Shown here one piece after another: positions 9,428 to 22,700 of a stretch of DNA of 64,000 nucleotides. Source of the DNA: Raillietiella orientalis (lineage: Eukaryota); the NCBI GenBank assembly GCA_036172245.1, contig JAYWIR010000005.1, positions 4,774,001 to 4,838,000 of the forward strand, written 5' to 3'. Positions within the stretch are counted from its first letter, which is position 1; the number at the start of each line of letters is the position of its first letter. The notes beneath the pieces were generated by a model, which searched no databases, was not told the DNA's origin, and worked only from the letters and a program-made list of their open reading frames with translations. The translations under genes were made by a program, and so were the position numbers.

Positions 9428-12400
9428 AAACGCCTGCTTTCACACACAAACCAGCTTCCCAATCGTTCCTCCGTCAGTGACCCGAAAACTCAAAGAGGAA
9501 AACGAGGACACATTACCAGAAAATTCTCACATCTTCTGGTCCAGTTAGGAGCTCTTACAAGAAGCCCCCATTTTGATTTCGGAAATTCCCTTCTTCCCCG
9601 CAAAACGAAACGGCACGCAGCCAGAGCGCATTTTTCCGAATGTGTGGTATGAAAATGCTCTCCAAGAGAAAACCGCGCACGCGCACACGCGCTCACAAAA
9701 ACAGCGTCGGCGTGCGCGCGTGCTCTCAGGTCCCTTCGGCTGTGTACACCATGTGTCTTTAGAGCAGACGAAAGTGCCTTTGTCCGTTTGCAGCCAGCCG
9801 TGGTGGCACCATGCATCGAACTTTTGGAGGCACCCTGTGAAGGCGTTTCCTGCAATCTCGAAGAGTTTACTTCCGCCACTCCCGGTATCCACTACTCCTC
9901 GGACCACGGAGAGGTCAACCGCTGACTTCTCAGAGCATTGCTCAACCAACTCCAAGATGTGACGACCGAGTCCACATTTTTCATCCTTGCGGACGAGCCG
10001 TCGAGATGGCCGAGTTGGTCAGCAACGAAGCCCACGGCGCGGCTCCGCAAAGCGTCAAGACACTGGACCCGTGGAATTTTCTGGTTGGGAATCTTCGAAA
10101 GGGGACCGTCGATCCCGTGCTCTTCGCCGCTCTGCTTAGTCCCCCTCGCAGCCCACGATTTTTCTTAATCGTCAGGTAAGCAGCCTCTGCTTGCCGAAGA
10201 CGGACTCGTGGATGCGCGTCAGCAAGATCGCTGACCGTTTGGAGGGGGAAGCGTCGTGAGAAACGGCATGTCCCTGCAGCTACAACACTTTCTACTTTCC
10301 ATCGGCGTGTGAAATCTTCCTTCAATTTGGAATGCCCCGTGTGTGTTTTGAATCCTGACCAAACGAAGAGAGGTTCCAAGTCCCAAGCGATTTTGCCCGT
10401 CTTCTGAGCGACTTTCACTCTCGGGCGACAGTTTCTTGGAGCTTTCCAAGCGCCGCAAACCATTTCACATGCTCCGCGAGGTAAGCTGCGATGCTCGGAT
10501 CGTTGGATCCTGAGGCATCTTGGGCTGCTGTCCTCACCCGTGGATGAATTTCCCTTCTCTCTTCCAGCACCACCTTGGAAAGGCATTTCGCTTTGGCCCT
10601 CGATCATTTCGTTCGCTCATTTCCATCTCCTTTATGTGACCACATCAAGAAACAGGGAGACACAGACATCGTGAAACGAGGAATGTGTTTACACCTGGCA
10701 GCCGCATTCCTCCTTCGGCAGGGAAAGGTGGGAAAAATCGAAAGATTCCAGACAGAAGGGTCGGAGCTTTTCTCAAACCGACTTGGCATTCCTAACTATC
10801 CCCAGACATGGACCACAAACAGCAGATCGAATGTCTGCAAACCTTACATGCGACCACAGAGCTACCCTCATCTTGATGCAGGCATCCACAGCGGGCGGGC
10901 GTTCAAGAGGTTCGTTAGGCGTGTGGATCAGGGATTTTCCAGACAGAGCGACTTTTTCCACTCTTCAGGTTTCTCGTAGATTCCGAGGAGACATGACTGA
11001 GGCGTCTCTGGCTCTCTCAGCTCGCATCGTGCACAGACCACTCTGTCACTTCCGAGTCATCTGGGTCAGCAAGCAAACTTCAGCAGACCGAAACTGGCTC
11101 AGTGCGAATGATGCGAGCGAGGGGGGGAAAGTTTCCTCGCTGCTGTCAGAGGAAGATGTGATCACTGCCTCGTCACATGGCTGCCTGCGTGCTGCAACTT
11201 TTGCGATTGCTTGCGCGGCTCGGCTGCAGCCCGCGCTTCTTGGAGTCCGTAGCGACTGACTGCAAGAGTCGCAAGCCCGTTCTCGTAATTCTCTCGCGAT
11301 GTACGCAGAAATTTGGTTACCATAGCGCGTGTACAGCTGGCAATTTACGGACGCCTCTTAGTAACGTATGGCAGCAGGAGCATCACGACCTTCAGGAAGT
11401 AGCATCTTCTTCATACGCGAAGAAAGGTTTCAGGTTCCCCAAAGGATAGCTGCCTGCATCGCTGAGGGAACTCTGCGGATTAACATCCGGGGAAAATGGA
11501 TTTTCCCCTCTCTTTTGATAATGGGACTTGGTATCCGTGAAATGGGGAGTACTTGGTACTTGAACCACGGGGAAATAATCACAACTTCCGAATACTGGAT
11601 GATGCTCCAGTATACTTCAGTACCCCGCGGTAATAGGATCAAAGTGCTCACATGAGTCAGAGGGAAACGTCACACTCAACAAGGGGGACTTTCGAAGCAA
11701 CAGAAACCGTACCATCAGATGCGTGTTCCTACGTAGTGAGGGAGAGAGAGTTCTAATCGGCAACAGGGTGGCCATTGAGATGAAAAGTGGGGATCAGGGG
11801 AAGAAAATTCTTAGAGTTCATCGCATCCCGGGACGAACTTGGACGACAGATCCGAGAATCGGTCGACCGAAACGAAGAGAAAAAAAAAAAAAATCTCAGT
11901 AACAGTGATTACGGAGTTCATCTTCCTCCCTAGCGGTATTTTTTTTTTTGTTTTCGCTTTTCGATGTGCAGCACGAGCAACCAAGGAATTCTTTGGAGCG
12001 TTCCCAAGATGAGGAATCTCCCAATGACTTTATGGCTATCAGGTTACGCAATGTAATCGGGGAAAGAGTTCATCACGAGCTGAAAGAAACAAGCACACTG
12101 ATGACAGATGTACCAACCTGCTGCGCACAGCATCAGCAGCATGCAAACAAAGACGAGAAACTGGTGCACAAGCTTGCAGAATGGATTCTAGAACAAAGTG
12201 AGGGTAGAGTGAGCAGTGTGTTTCCTGAAATCTATTTTTAAGTCTATTTAAACTATTCAGGAGTTTTAATCAAGCCTCATAAATTCCTAAGAAGTCTATT
12301 CTTCATCTACCTAACAGCGAGGAAGCGTCTGACACGACAGATCGAGTATCCCAGCACCGTGCCTGTTCACATTGGCTGCGGCCATGTGAACTTCCTTCCG

Positions 12401-15400
12401 CCGTCTCCGTGACTGTCAAAAACATCCCGCCTGCTCATCTGCGTTTCTTCGGAGAGCACTCGAAGCAGCGGCCCTCGGAATCGGCGGTCGTTCCACGTGA
12501 CCAGAAGCACTTCCCACAACGAGAGTTCGCTCGGAAACGGTAGATTGGAAACGGAATGCCTTTCTATGATTTCGAAAGCACTCGCTAGATTCATGGTCGA
12601 TGTGTTGCGGTAACCAGGAATTGCCTCCTGGAAAGCAGAAACGGCTAAGAATCCAGTCACGACCGCATCCTTTGTACGGAGCAGAAACAATTGGCGCATT
12701 CAGGCAAGTGAAATGCTTTTTCTACTGAGATTCTAGAAATCTTCATCCAAGCATGTCCTGCTTATATGGAAAACAATAAACGTCTTTCTCGTAAGTTAAG
12801 CTGCATCCACAGCCACTTTTCTCTCTCTCCCTTTTTATCTTCTCGCTGTTGTGTTTGGTTAATCCACTAGAAACTTCCTCCTGCCGTCTCACATGTTGCT
12901 GGTTACGCTGCCGCTCTCAAAGAAGCACCGTTGAAAGAGTAAGTGCATACGTAAGAAGATTTTCAGTCCTTGACTTTCGGTCCTTCGTGGGAAAATCGCG
13001 CTTCCTGGAGCCGGGAGGCAAAACTTCTTCTGTCCGACACCAAGCAATCAGGACGCTGCCTTTTCCCGTCCCTGTGGCTACTAGTAACAAGGAATTTTGA
13101 TTTCAGGAAACCAAGTACTGCGGGATCCGCTCTGTCGACCGTCACCGGAAAACGCCAGGGCGTCGACTTCGACACCCTGCGCCCCTGCGCTTCTGCCCAT
13201 GTTGGAACATCGGGTCGCATCTCGATGACGACGGTTACTGCTCGCGTGCGCTGCTGGCGCAGGACGCGGTACATAAAAAATTCCAGTTCTTCAGCGGGGA
13301 AGATCACAGAACTTTCGCCAATTTCGGGAAGATTTTCATTTTTTTCGCGCGCGCGCGCGCGCTTCGGAGCGCTTTCCGAGCATCTCGAGGACACCAGGGA
13401 ACACTTCCGGACGATATTCGTAAGCGCGTCTCGCCTGCATCCACGAAAGACCTTTCGCCCATTCATGTTACGAAGAAGGTTGCGGTTGGTGGGGCTGCTA
13501 TTTTCCTCGCTCGCTTCTTTCTTGTTTCTTCGGGAGAGTTTCACGAGGTGCTGTAGCCCCCCCCCCCTTCCATTGGTGCTTTCGAGAACGGAAGCACGGC
13601 AATCGCCATCTTCTGGAGAGGATGGAATGGGTGCTTTGGGCGTGCTTTCGGCTCGTGGAGATTCCACGCGCTTCCCCCTGTCCTAAGCAGCCGCGACATG
13701 TCGCGTCCCTCTCTCTTCATGATCACAATTGAACACCTCGAATCCAGGTAAGTAAGCCTCTCTCTTCAGAATGAGAGCGCTTCGTCTCTCTGGACGCATG
13801 GACGCGGGCTTGCAGGCTCTCGCTGGAGGAGATCCATTCTCTCTCTTTTAGCCGGCGCTGCATCCTTCAGACGTCCGTGATCGAGAAGAGAGTTCAGGAG
13901 ACTGCTCGATCCCCTCTCTTATGGGGCGCCCCTCACTGGCACGGCAGACGGGGGTCGGTGAAAACGCCGGCAGCCAGATGGATGAGACTGGGAAGCAGGA
14001 TCCGGTGGCCCAGCGCAGCTCCGACTCGGCTCTGCCGCTGCTTCGGAGGTGATCCCGGAGCTTTCCAGGACCGTCAGAGACCTCTGATCGGAGGTTCGGT
14101 GCTGCAGTATCCCCCGGCCGAATGAAAAACGCAACGGTGTCTTCATTAAAGCAGATGACCTTCCCTTTGGATGAGGGCATCTGCTTGTTTCCTTCGGATT
14201 GCATCAGCGTTTCGCATAATTTGAGGAGAGATGAATAATCATAGGATGCGTGGAGTGGGTAACACCCGAAGTGATGCGAGGAGCAGCTCTCGGGCCGCTC
14301 GCTCCGATAAGCATCACTTGGCTTCGGCTCGCGTTCCTCTTCCGCGACGGCTCCAACTGGAGGCAAACTCGCTTCTGCGTGTCGTTTCTGGGAGCGCACG
14401 CACGAGACCCGAGCAGAACGCTCCGGCGAATCACAGATCTGTTTTTTTCTTTTTTTTTCCCCCCCATCTGGCGGAAACGTTTCCGGAAAAACGAATCCGT
14501 TCAGGATGCAAGTCGGAGGCATCCACGGGCACTTACATTGTATTCCTTGTACGAGCCAAGGACACGAGACCTTCTCCGATTGTTCGAAAGAGAGAGGGGA
14601 TCTTTTTTTTTTTTTTCCTCCCTCCTCCTCTTTTCGACTCCGGAAGCTGCCAAGCTGCACCCCCGCACCTTGCAAAGCGAAACCCTCCTCTCGAGAAGAG
14701 TGGAGATGCGCTGAGCCCTCCGGCACGCACCTGCACAACCTCGGGGATTCCTTTCGGAGTGCCTTCCCTGTGCGGAGGGGGCCAGTGGCTAGAGGATCTT
14801 ATTTTCCCTGTCAACTTCCTTCGAGCGCACGCGCCAGGATAGAGGACGCGAAATTGCGCTTTGGAATTGGAAACTGTAAAACCTCCCAGGAAAATTGCGA
14901 GAAGAACAGAACGATAAAAACGTGCATTAAAGTCTCCGGATGGAGGGAGGCAATTTCGGGAGTTGGCGAGCGCGGACAAAGCCCGTCGCACGGCAGCGTT
15001 CGAAACAGGGTCAGAACGAAAGAACGCGTGCGGCGGCAGAAGCAGCAGAAGCAGCAGCAGAACTCTGGGACGGATTCGCGGGCGGGGAAAACCGTCGGTC
15101 CGTGAGGCGGCAGCGTATCAGCTCGGCCACCTCAAGGCACGGCGGCGAGATGCGAGGGGATCCCCCTCTCAGCACGGTGGAAAAAACGCACACAGACAAG
15201 GGCGAAAGAGCAAACGAAACACGGATGGCTGACACGTCACCACTTCCGGCAGGTCGAATCAGGGCACGGTTTTCGCAGACTCAAACGATGCTGTGCGCGC
15301 ATTCCTTCGCGAGCAGAGAGGGGAGTTGGACAGTGCAGCATCTCCGAAAGGATTGAGCATCGGAGTTCCGCGCTCGAAAGTCCAAGACCTGCTGGCGAAA

Positions 15401-16899
15401 GCTCCCTCCGCCAGCGGGGAAGACGCGTTCCGTCTTCGCGGCCCCTCGCTGACACGACGTCCGACCGAGGGAAGCGCAAGGAAAAAAATCTCATCTCCTG
15501 CGAACTTTTCGAGTCGCCCTGCCGAGCCTTCTCGGATGCTGTTGTTCCTCGCAGACTCCGCATCTTTTCGGTCCGCTCGTTAGCCACCCTTTGGGGAACT
15601 CTCGCCGAAAAGCTCTTAGTCCCAGCATCCAATTTTTTTTTTTTTTTTTGACCGATGTGGAAGCAGAAGCGCCATTACGTGTGATGGCGCTGCGAATTGC
15701 AGCCCTCAGGAAAATTGCACCAGGTTCTTCAGAGAGAGGACCGCGCGCCCGCCCGGTCCCAATTATCCCAATTTCGCGAACAAGGAAACTTGGAATCTTC
15801 GCGCTTCTCGCCTGCGTTACGGAAGCTCTTCCTCGTGAGGTCATCCTCGTGAGCTCCCGCAGGTTTTCGCCTCTTCTCCGATCGTGTTCTTGAGGCTACC
15901 GCGCGAAAAGCGGCGGCTCCCTTGATTTCTTATCCGCGGCAGCGAGAACCCGCTGATGGCGAGCCTTCGAACCCTCGATCGATGCCCAGGTCATCGTGAA
16001 GAAGCAAAGGTCTCGCATCTCTCGGGGACTCGAAGTAATCTTGCAGAATCAACGGCGCTTTGGGAAGCGCAGAACGCCCGGTAGGGCGAAATGGAAGCAG
16101 CAGCAGCAGCAGCATAGCAGCCTCATCCGAGGCTGATGCCGTGAGCCGGCAGCGACTTCATCGAATTGATGGCCAGGAAGTGGCGCATGGCTTGAATCGA
16201 AGATCAAAGCAGCTACTGAATCGAAAGCTCCAGTCCACTCTGGTCCAGATTTCGGGTCTTTCCAGCTTCGAATCGAACAAGAGGATCGTTTCCTCCTCCG
16301 CCGCCTCCTTCTTCAGAGGAACTGAAAGTTCCCTCTTCCCATCCAAAGTGCGGCCATTGATGAACGGCCTGCAGCGGTTCATCCGATGCCTCACCCTAAC
16401 GAACCAGCAGCTGACTGCCAAGCAACGAGCCTGCCGGCTGAGGTTCCCCTTCTTGAGAGAGCGACTCCGGCAACGTTTGAACAGTAACCTTCGAGAGGAA
16501 AGAGAGAAGGGCGTGCTTGTCCACAATCAGCTTGGCACCGGAAGCTGGGAGCAGCTTTCAAACGGGTTTGGGTTACTCCTGGACCGAAAACTTCCTTTCC
16601 GCTCTAGAGGTGCGCCGGGAGATAGGACGCGCGAAGCGCTCTAGCACCGCGTGCAAAAAACGCCGCAGCGAGAGCGCACGTTTCGGGTCAGACAGGCGGG
16701 GTGAGAGTGACGGAGGGAAGGAAGAGGGGGGATTCGCACATCCCCAGAGGTCCGAAGGATGTCCGCGCTTCCTTCTCTTGGCACCCGGGTAGATCAGAGA
16801 GACGGTCGCAAGATCCTTGGGAACGCCGGATGCTCTGTCAAGCGGCTAAGGCGACTAGGAAGACTGAGGGAGGAAAGCGAGCACGCCCCAACACGCGCG

Positions 16900-17750
16900 C
16901 TCCATGGAGATTTTCCGGACATGCAGGTCGAAGCGTCGGCGTCGACGGAGGAACCCTCACAGCCTCGGGCGGCGGAGGATGGAGTGGCGTGGGCAGCGAG
17001 ACAGAGAGGATGCTCGTGGCCTCTTCCTTCCTTCCTTCCTCCGCCCTCCCTTCCTCCCGGAACGCGATTCGCAGAGCGCATGCACGGATAAATCCTTCGA
17101 GCGTGTTCTTGAACGCTGTCGGTGTGCTTTCGCTTGGGTGCTTTGAGGGCGATGGAGAAGATTCTTTTTCTCAGGGTGCGACCAGACCACAACGATGGAT
17201 CTGCGAGCGAAAAGATCAGCAGCGTGAAATCCAAGTGGGAAGCCCTTCTGTCCCTCCCTAAGGAGGAACAGAAGAGTCGGATCCTGCGATCGTCGTCGGT
17301 CTACGGGAAACCCGCACCCCCTGCAAGAGCTAGAGATCCCCAAAACGCACGCCGAGCCAGCTCTGTCTGTTTGGGCGGATGGAGGCGTGGCGTGGGGCAA
17401 AGGAGGCGGGATGCTGTCTTCGCCATCTCCACCTTCCTCTCTTCTTTATCCGCATGAGGCTGCGGCAAGAGAACCTCTGCCCACAACCGCAGCGGCTGAT
17501 CCTTCTTCATCGGGACGATGTTTCCATCCTTGAGTCCAGTGGATTCTGCGTCCGTGCCGGATGTTGGAGTCGCATCACCTTTTCAACGCTCCAAGAAGGA
17601 CGGTGGTGTCGTCTTGCATCCCGTACATCGGGAGACACCCACCAATGAAGGCTCCGTCTGGGACGCGCACCTGTCCCGCCCCGTCCCTCTGCGTAGTCGA
17701 AACCCCACAAGACGACACGCCTGCAATCCCACCTGCGACCCCGGAATCCG
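16900..17750 (+). mobile_element. Possible decayed ORF1 region of a non-LTR retrotransposon
   Basis: Broken frames with an N-terminal GVAWAAR resembling VAWDAR at ~63530(-), and a knuckle-like remnant near 17690-17730. Weak evidence; boundaries approximate. Confidence 0.25.
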
Positions 17751-17760
17751 ACCGAAGAGA

Positions 17761-17833
17761 GGAGCCCGCTGCACAGTGGCATCCATCCCTGGTGCCAAAC
17801 GGTCAGTAGCGGGTTCGAATCCCGGCGGTGCCG
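17761..17833 (+). pseudogene. Degenerate tRNA-like sequence / SINE head
   Basis: A-box-like TGCACAGTGG (17770-17779) and perfect B box GGTTCGAATCC (17812-17822) inside a CGGG/CCCG T-stem. Acceptor and anticodon stems pair poorly, so not a functional tRNA. Confidence 0.35.
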
Positions 17834-18699
17834 ACTCGCCGAGCAGCAGCCCTGCGCCAACGACGGCGAGACAGGCTGGAGGATCAACAAAAGGGCGCAG
17901 CTGCGTCCCTCCTTCCCCTGGACTTCCGCTACTGTCCACAGGAGCCGAGGGAGGCTCCAGGAGACGGCATGCCTCGGACGGCACCGAGATCTGAGCAGGC
18001 GGATTCTGACCTCCCAGGGGGTGTCTCCCGATTGCGAGCGGAAGGTCGGAGTCTCGAACAGCGGAATTGACACCCCACCTCACAACGACCTCACCTCCAC
18101 CCCCGGGATACCCGCTGCTCGCCAGACCTTTGTCAGCAGCAAGCACCTGAGGTACATCACGGGGTTTCTTCTGGATGGCGAGCAAGTTGTACGAGTGGTA
18201 CAGTTTTCGAGCAGCCTGCGGCGATGTACACCGTCGTACCTACGAATAGCGCCGCCCGCGTTCGTCGCTTCTTCCAGCGTTCCTTTCGGCCACGTCCGGG
18301 TGCGCCGGCTTTGGGTCGAGCTTAGCAAACGATCCATGAAATAGGGAAACGACCAGGAAAGTTCAAGAGCGGGGTGTCCAAGTTTAGGAGCGGATTTCTT
18401 TCGGGATGGAGGAATTTTCCGGCGCTTTTCCTCCTTCCCGTCCCTACGAATTCCCCTACGAATGCGCTCTCCGGTTAGCAGTGGTTCGGTGCGGTAGACG
18501 CGTAAGACCGGCCGCCTCTGCAGACGGCGACCCCAGCTGGAGAGCCGCCTTCTCCCACCGTCGGAGGCGAAGATGCCCGGGATGGGAATACACCGGCCAC
18601 TGTGAGTCACCCTGATCCAGCTGGGAGAGGAGGGGAGGGGGAAGAGCGATGGGCGAGGAAGCGCCAGCCTTGGGCGACGGTTGGTTCATGTCCCCACGA

Positions 18700-21600
18700 A
18701 CTGTCGCTCCGGAATCCGCTCGGGAAAGAAGCGCTCACTGCAGGAGTTCCCCTCGAGCTCGCCCAGTCCCCGGAAGCATTGCAGGGAGTGCGATGGCCAC
18801 CTGGGATGGATGCCAGCTGCGTCGGGTAGGGAGGGGGCGGGTGCTGGTGCAGGGAAAGTCCGAGGTTCGCCATGGCGTCGCGATTCTCAGTTTTCCATCC
18901 TCAGTCGCTCGAACATCCCCGTAGGCAGCAAGCGCCTACAGGAGGAAAGGGCGAGCGCCCCCTCTTTGCCACCACAGCCACCCCGCCGCGATCGCTTCCG
19001 GTCCGGAGAAGGAGGGATGATCCCTTTCCCCGAACGAGTCCGGAAGGGAGGGTCCGCAGGGAAGAACGTGACGCCGGCGCCGCTCTCCCTGACCTTCCCG
19101 TTTGGCGTGCGCACTTGAACCACGCTAAGGGCACGGAGGACGATTCCCACCCCCTGCAGGGAGAGTGCGCTCGGACGTGCGCTCGTGGCCTTCCCGAACC
19201 CGGCTGGGGACGGAGGAGGAGAGGGAGGGGGGAAGAACGAAAGAACCGAACAGCCTGCGAGCGAGCCCACGCACGGGCGTGGAGAACGCGCGCTGCTCCC
19301 TCCAGGGCTCCGTGCAGCTGGGTGGAGCGACGAGGTCCTCGCCGAGGAGCTGTCCGTCCGGAGAAGAGGGGAAGGGGAAGGAAAAGGGAGAGTGAAAACT
19401 CTCGGCAATCCCGTTCTTTGCTTGGGATCCCTAGAAGAATCCCACGCACTGCATCAATCCTCCTCGTCAGGAAGTCGGTCGGGGCGTGGACCACCACCCT
19501 GCTGACCCGTCGCCGCCGGAAACGCGCGGACGTCGGTCGCTCCCCCTCGCTCTAATCGCCCTCGCCTCCGGGGTGAAATGGGGACGGCCTGGAAGTGCGA
19601 GCGAGTCCGTGCCTCTTCTCGGATCGGCGCTCAGGAAGAGGCATCGTCTGCTCTACCACGCGCAGCTGGACGGACCCTTCCTCCTCGCCGCTGGCGCCCC
19701 TTCTCCCGCCCGGAGTGACTTGGGGGGAGGGGAGGAGAGACCAGTCCTCCCGACCTCCACGGAAGGAAAGCGGTCGGCCGCTGTCCCCACGAGCAACGGG
19801 AGGCGCGCGCGCGCGCTCTGGCGTTTCCGAGGGCGGTGGTTTCTGGGTCACCAGCGCTCTTTCGCATGGAGAGGGAAAACGGAATTTCCGCTTGCCGCTG
19901 GGGAGTCGCTCGGAGCGGGCGGCGTCCCTGCGGGCTAGGAAAGAACCCAGGCAAGGGAGGAGCCCCTGCTTCCGGGACAGGCGGGAGAAAGGCCGACGGG
20001 TCGGGCGGCGGCGTCGCGTCGAGCGCACCGCCGTTACGACCGAGCAGCCACTGCGTCACGCAAGTCGTGAGCGACGCCGGCAGCCCTGCCCTCCCCCTCC
20101 CCACGACCGCCTCCCTCTGCGGCCTGGTGCACGGAACCTCACATCGACGCTGGAGGAAGTGCTTGGAGACGTTGGTGACTTCGGGACGGCGCATGCTGGT
20201 GGGGCGGCGACGAAAGCTGTCGCGAAAGACCGCACAGCCTCCGACTGCCTCCTCTCTGTTTGCCGATGCCGCTGGGGAGGAGGGATGAAGAGGAGGAGGA
20301 AGAGAGAGAGAGAGAGAGAGAGAAAAGGACTGCACGGCAGCTGAGCTGCGGAGCCTACAGAACGCAAGCAGATGTTAACAGGTGGACCACCATCGCTTCC
20401 CCCGAAAGCAGGTGATCTGCTGAAAGGCTTTGGGGAGGAACGGACAGGAAGAGGTCGGGCAGAAACCTCAGGAGAGTTACTGGCTGACCGCGCGCCGGTG
20501 ACCTCGAGTCCGTCCCGTCCACAGGACTGGATAGGTGGATTTTTCGCGCATCCTCCTTCGATCGCAGCGCTGCGTACGCACGTTCGCCAGCATCGTGCTG
20601 TATGCTGGCGAACGCGCTGGATCGTGCCGTCACGGGCTGCCCCCGATTTTCTCCCTGGCCTCCCTCCTCGACCATCACACTAATAGGGGGGGCAGCCAAT
20701 TTCTGCATCCCTCTCGTGTCCGTGGACTGCTGGACTCGGAGATCCCGCAGAACGAGGCGAAGGAGGGGGGGGGGGTGATGGCGACGGCCACGTTTTCTCG
20801 GGGGGGTCGCGCCCTCTCGCGATCGAACCAGCGGCAAGATCGCCTTTTCCCTCTTTCGGAACCTCGGGGACCCGTCGAAGCTTGAGAAGCGCTTCGCCAA
20901 GAGGCCGCGGCACAGGAGGAGGGCGCCAGGCTTTCCTTCCCCACTCCCCTTCCCGGAAAGGGAACGGTACACGCCGTACACAAAAACGGGATTACTATAT
21001 ACCACTAGGGGAAGTGGTTGGAGCAGCGTCTGTCACACCGTGTGGTGGTGGTGGCGGCGGCATTACCTTCCTGGCGAGCGTCCACCAGCGGCTCCTCCGA
21101 ATCGTGGTTCCGGTGGCCGGAGCTAGCGAGGGAGGGGAGGAGGGAGAGGGGGGAGTGTCACGCTCGCCGGGTTGCCTTTTCGAGGCGGCAGTCGACGGGA
21201 GACCACCCTTCCGTGGAAACGGAGTCAAGGCGCGACTATTCATCGCCGAGGGTCACGGCGAGGGGTGGTGCCACTTTCACGTCCCCTCACTGGACTCCAT
21301 CTCCTCCACGTTCTTCCTTCTTCCCCTCCCCCTCCCCCCGGCAGCCCCTCACCCGATGCTTATCGTAAAGGGAGACTCGAGTGCAGCAGCACGGCACGAG
21401 CTGCCGGAAAAAGGTAAAAACACAACTTTGGCTGAAAGACACACAGATGTTCCCGGGCGACGCGAGGGTGGGTGGGCGGATCTTTTCTCTCTCTCTCTCT
21501 CTCCCAGCACCGCAGCACCAGCACTTCTCAAGACCGAGTCTTGCGGAAGGGTTCGAGAACTCGGGAAGGTCGTTGGCGACGACGACGACCCGCCGCCGTT

Positions 21601-22700
21601 TCGACACGCGATCCGTTCCTCGAGCAGGCACGGGGCTGACGAAAGCAGCCGCGGAGGAAATCGAGCGCGGGCTTGGAGGCGTCACTTTCGCTTTCTTAAG
21701 GGGGGGGGGGGAGGGGGGAGGATTTTCCCTTTCGAGTGGGAAGGCGCGCGCCGGGCGTGCTGGCTGCGAAACCCGTGCCGGCTCGTATCGCACCCGGGGG
21801 ATTAGGGGGAGGGGGGGGGAGGGAGGGAGGGGCGAGCAAAGCCGCGCCGCGCCGGAAAGCGGCGGAATCCCGCGAATCGGGAAGGCTGCTGCATCTCTGA
21901 GTGCTCGCCCACCGGGGCTGCCGCGGCAGCCCACCTCTCTCCGCCGCCACCGCCGTCGTCTTTTTTCCCTTTTCCTTTTTGGCTTCCCTGAAGCAAGTCA
22001 CCGGTCGCCGAAAACCTCGCCCCTCTCCCCCCGGGTGCGACCCGGCTGTCAACCGCGCTCGCGCGGAGGCTCGGCAGGGCGAAACGGCAACGAGGGCGGC
22101 GAAACGCGCGCCCGCGACCTCCTGTCGGAAGGGGGCGAAACAGGGGAGGAGGAGGGATCCCCTTCCCTCCCCGCGAAACCTCCTCCTCGCGACAGCGAGC
22201 AGCAACAAGTTCACTCCTGGCACCACCACTTACCATCTCCCTCCACGCCGCTGATCCGCGATGCCTCCTCACAAGTCACTGCCGCTCTGTGCTTTTCGTC
22301 CGGATAGCGGTTTCTAGACTTTGCTGATTATTGAAGGCCGAACGAACGATGGTTTGAACCGTATTCTTGGAGAGAGCCAATGGTGAGGCTCAAAAACTGG
22401 AGCAGCTTTTTTTCCTTCTCTCTCCTCCTCGGCTATCAGTGACGTGTTGCAATCCTTGTTTTCGTCTGCTGAGAACTCCCTCCCTGGTCGAGCGCTCGGA
22501 ATGACAGTCTCATCGGAACAGGGGGGTGGGGTGGGGGGGGGATTCCCCCTACCGAATGTCACACCGGTCGGAACCGGAGAACGAGAGAGAGAAAAAAAAA
22601 AAAAAAAACCTCAAACCAAGGAGCACGTAGACAATTTCACTTTTATTTTTTTAATTTTTCCTTCCTCTTCTTCTCTTTTCTCCTCCCTTTTCTTCAAGTG
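18700..22700. promoter_or_regulatory. GC/CpG-rich promoter-like block with GA repeats and G-runs
   Basis: Visibly higher GC and CpG density than the flanks; (AG)n 20301-20323, (TC)n 21486-21503, clustered G-tracts ~21795-21832 and ~22521-22541. Promoter role is inferred. Confidence 0.4.
20301..20323. repeat. (AG)11 microsatellite
   Basis: Direct reading. Confidence 0.95.

Noticed and set aside
15011..15090. Minus-strand RVLLLLLLLP as the missing transmembrane exon of the chitinase
   Set aside because: It derives from a CAG-type microsatellite and has an upstream in-frame stop with no usable acceptor.
12963..22307. Many 150-310-aa ORFs on both strands
   Set aside because: Low-complexity R/G/P/S-rich translations expected in GC-rich DNA; they overlap in several frames and show no domain motifs.
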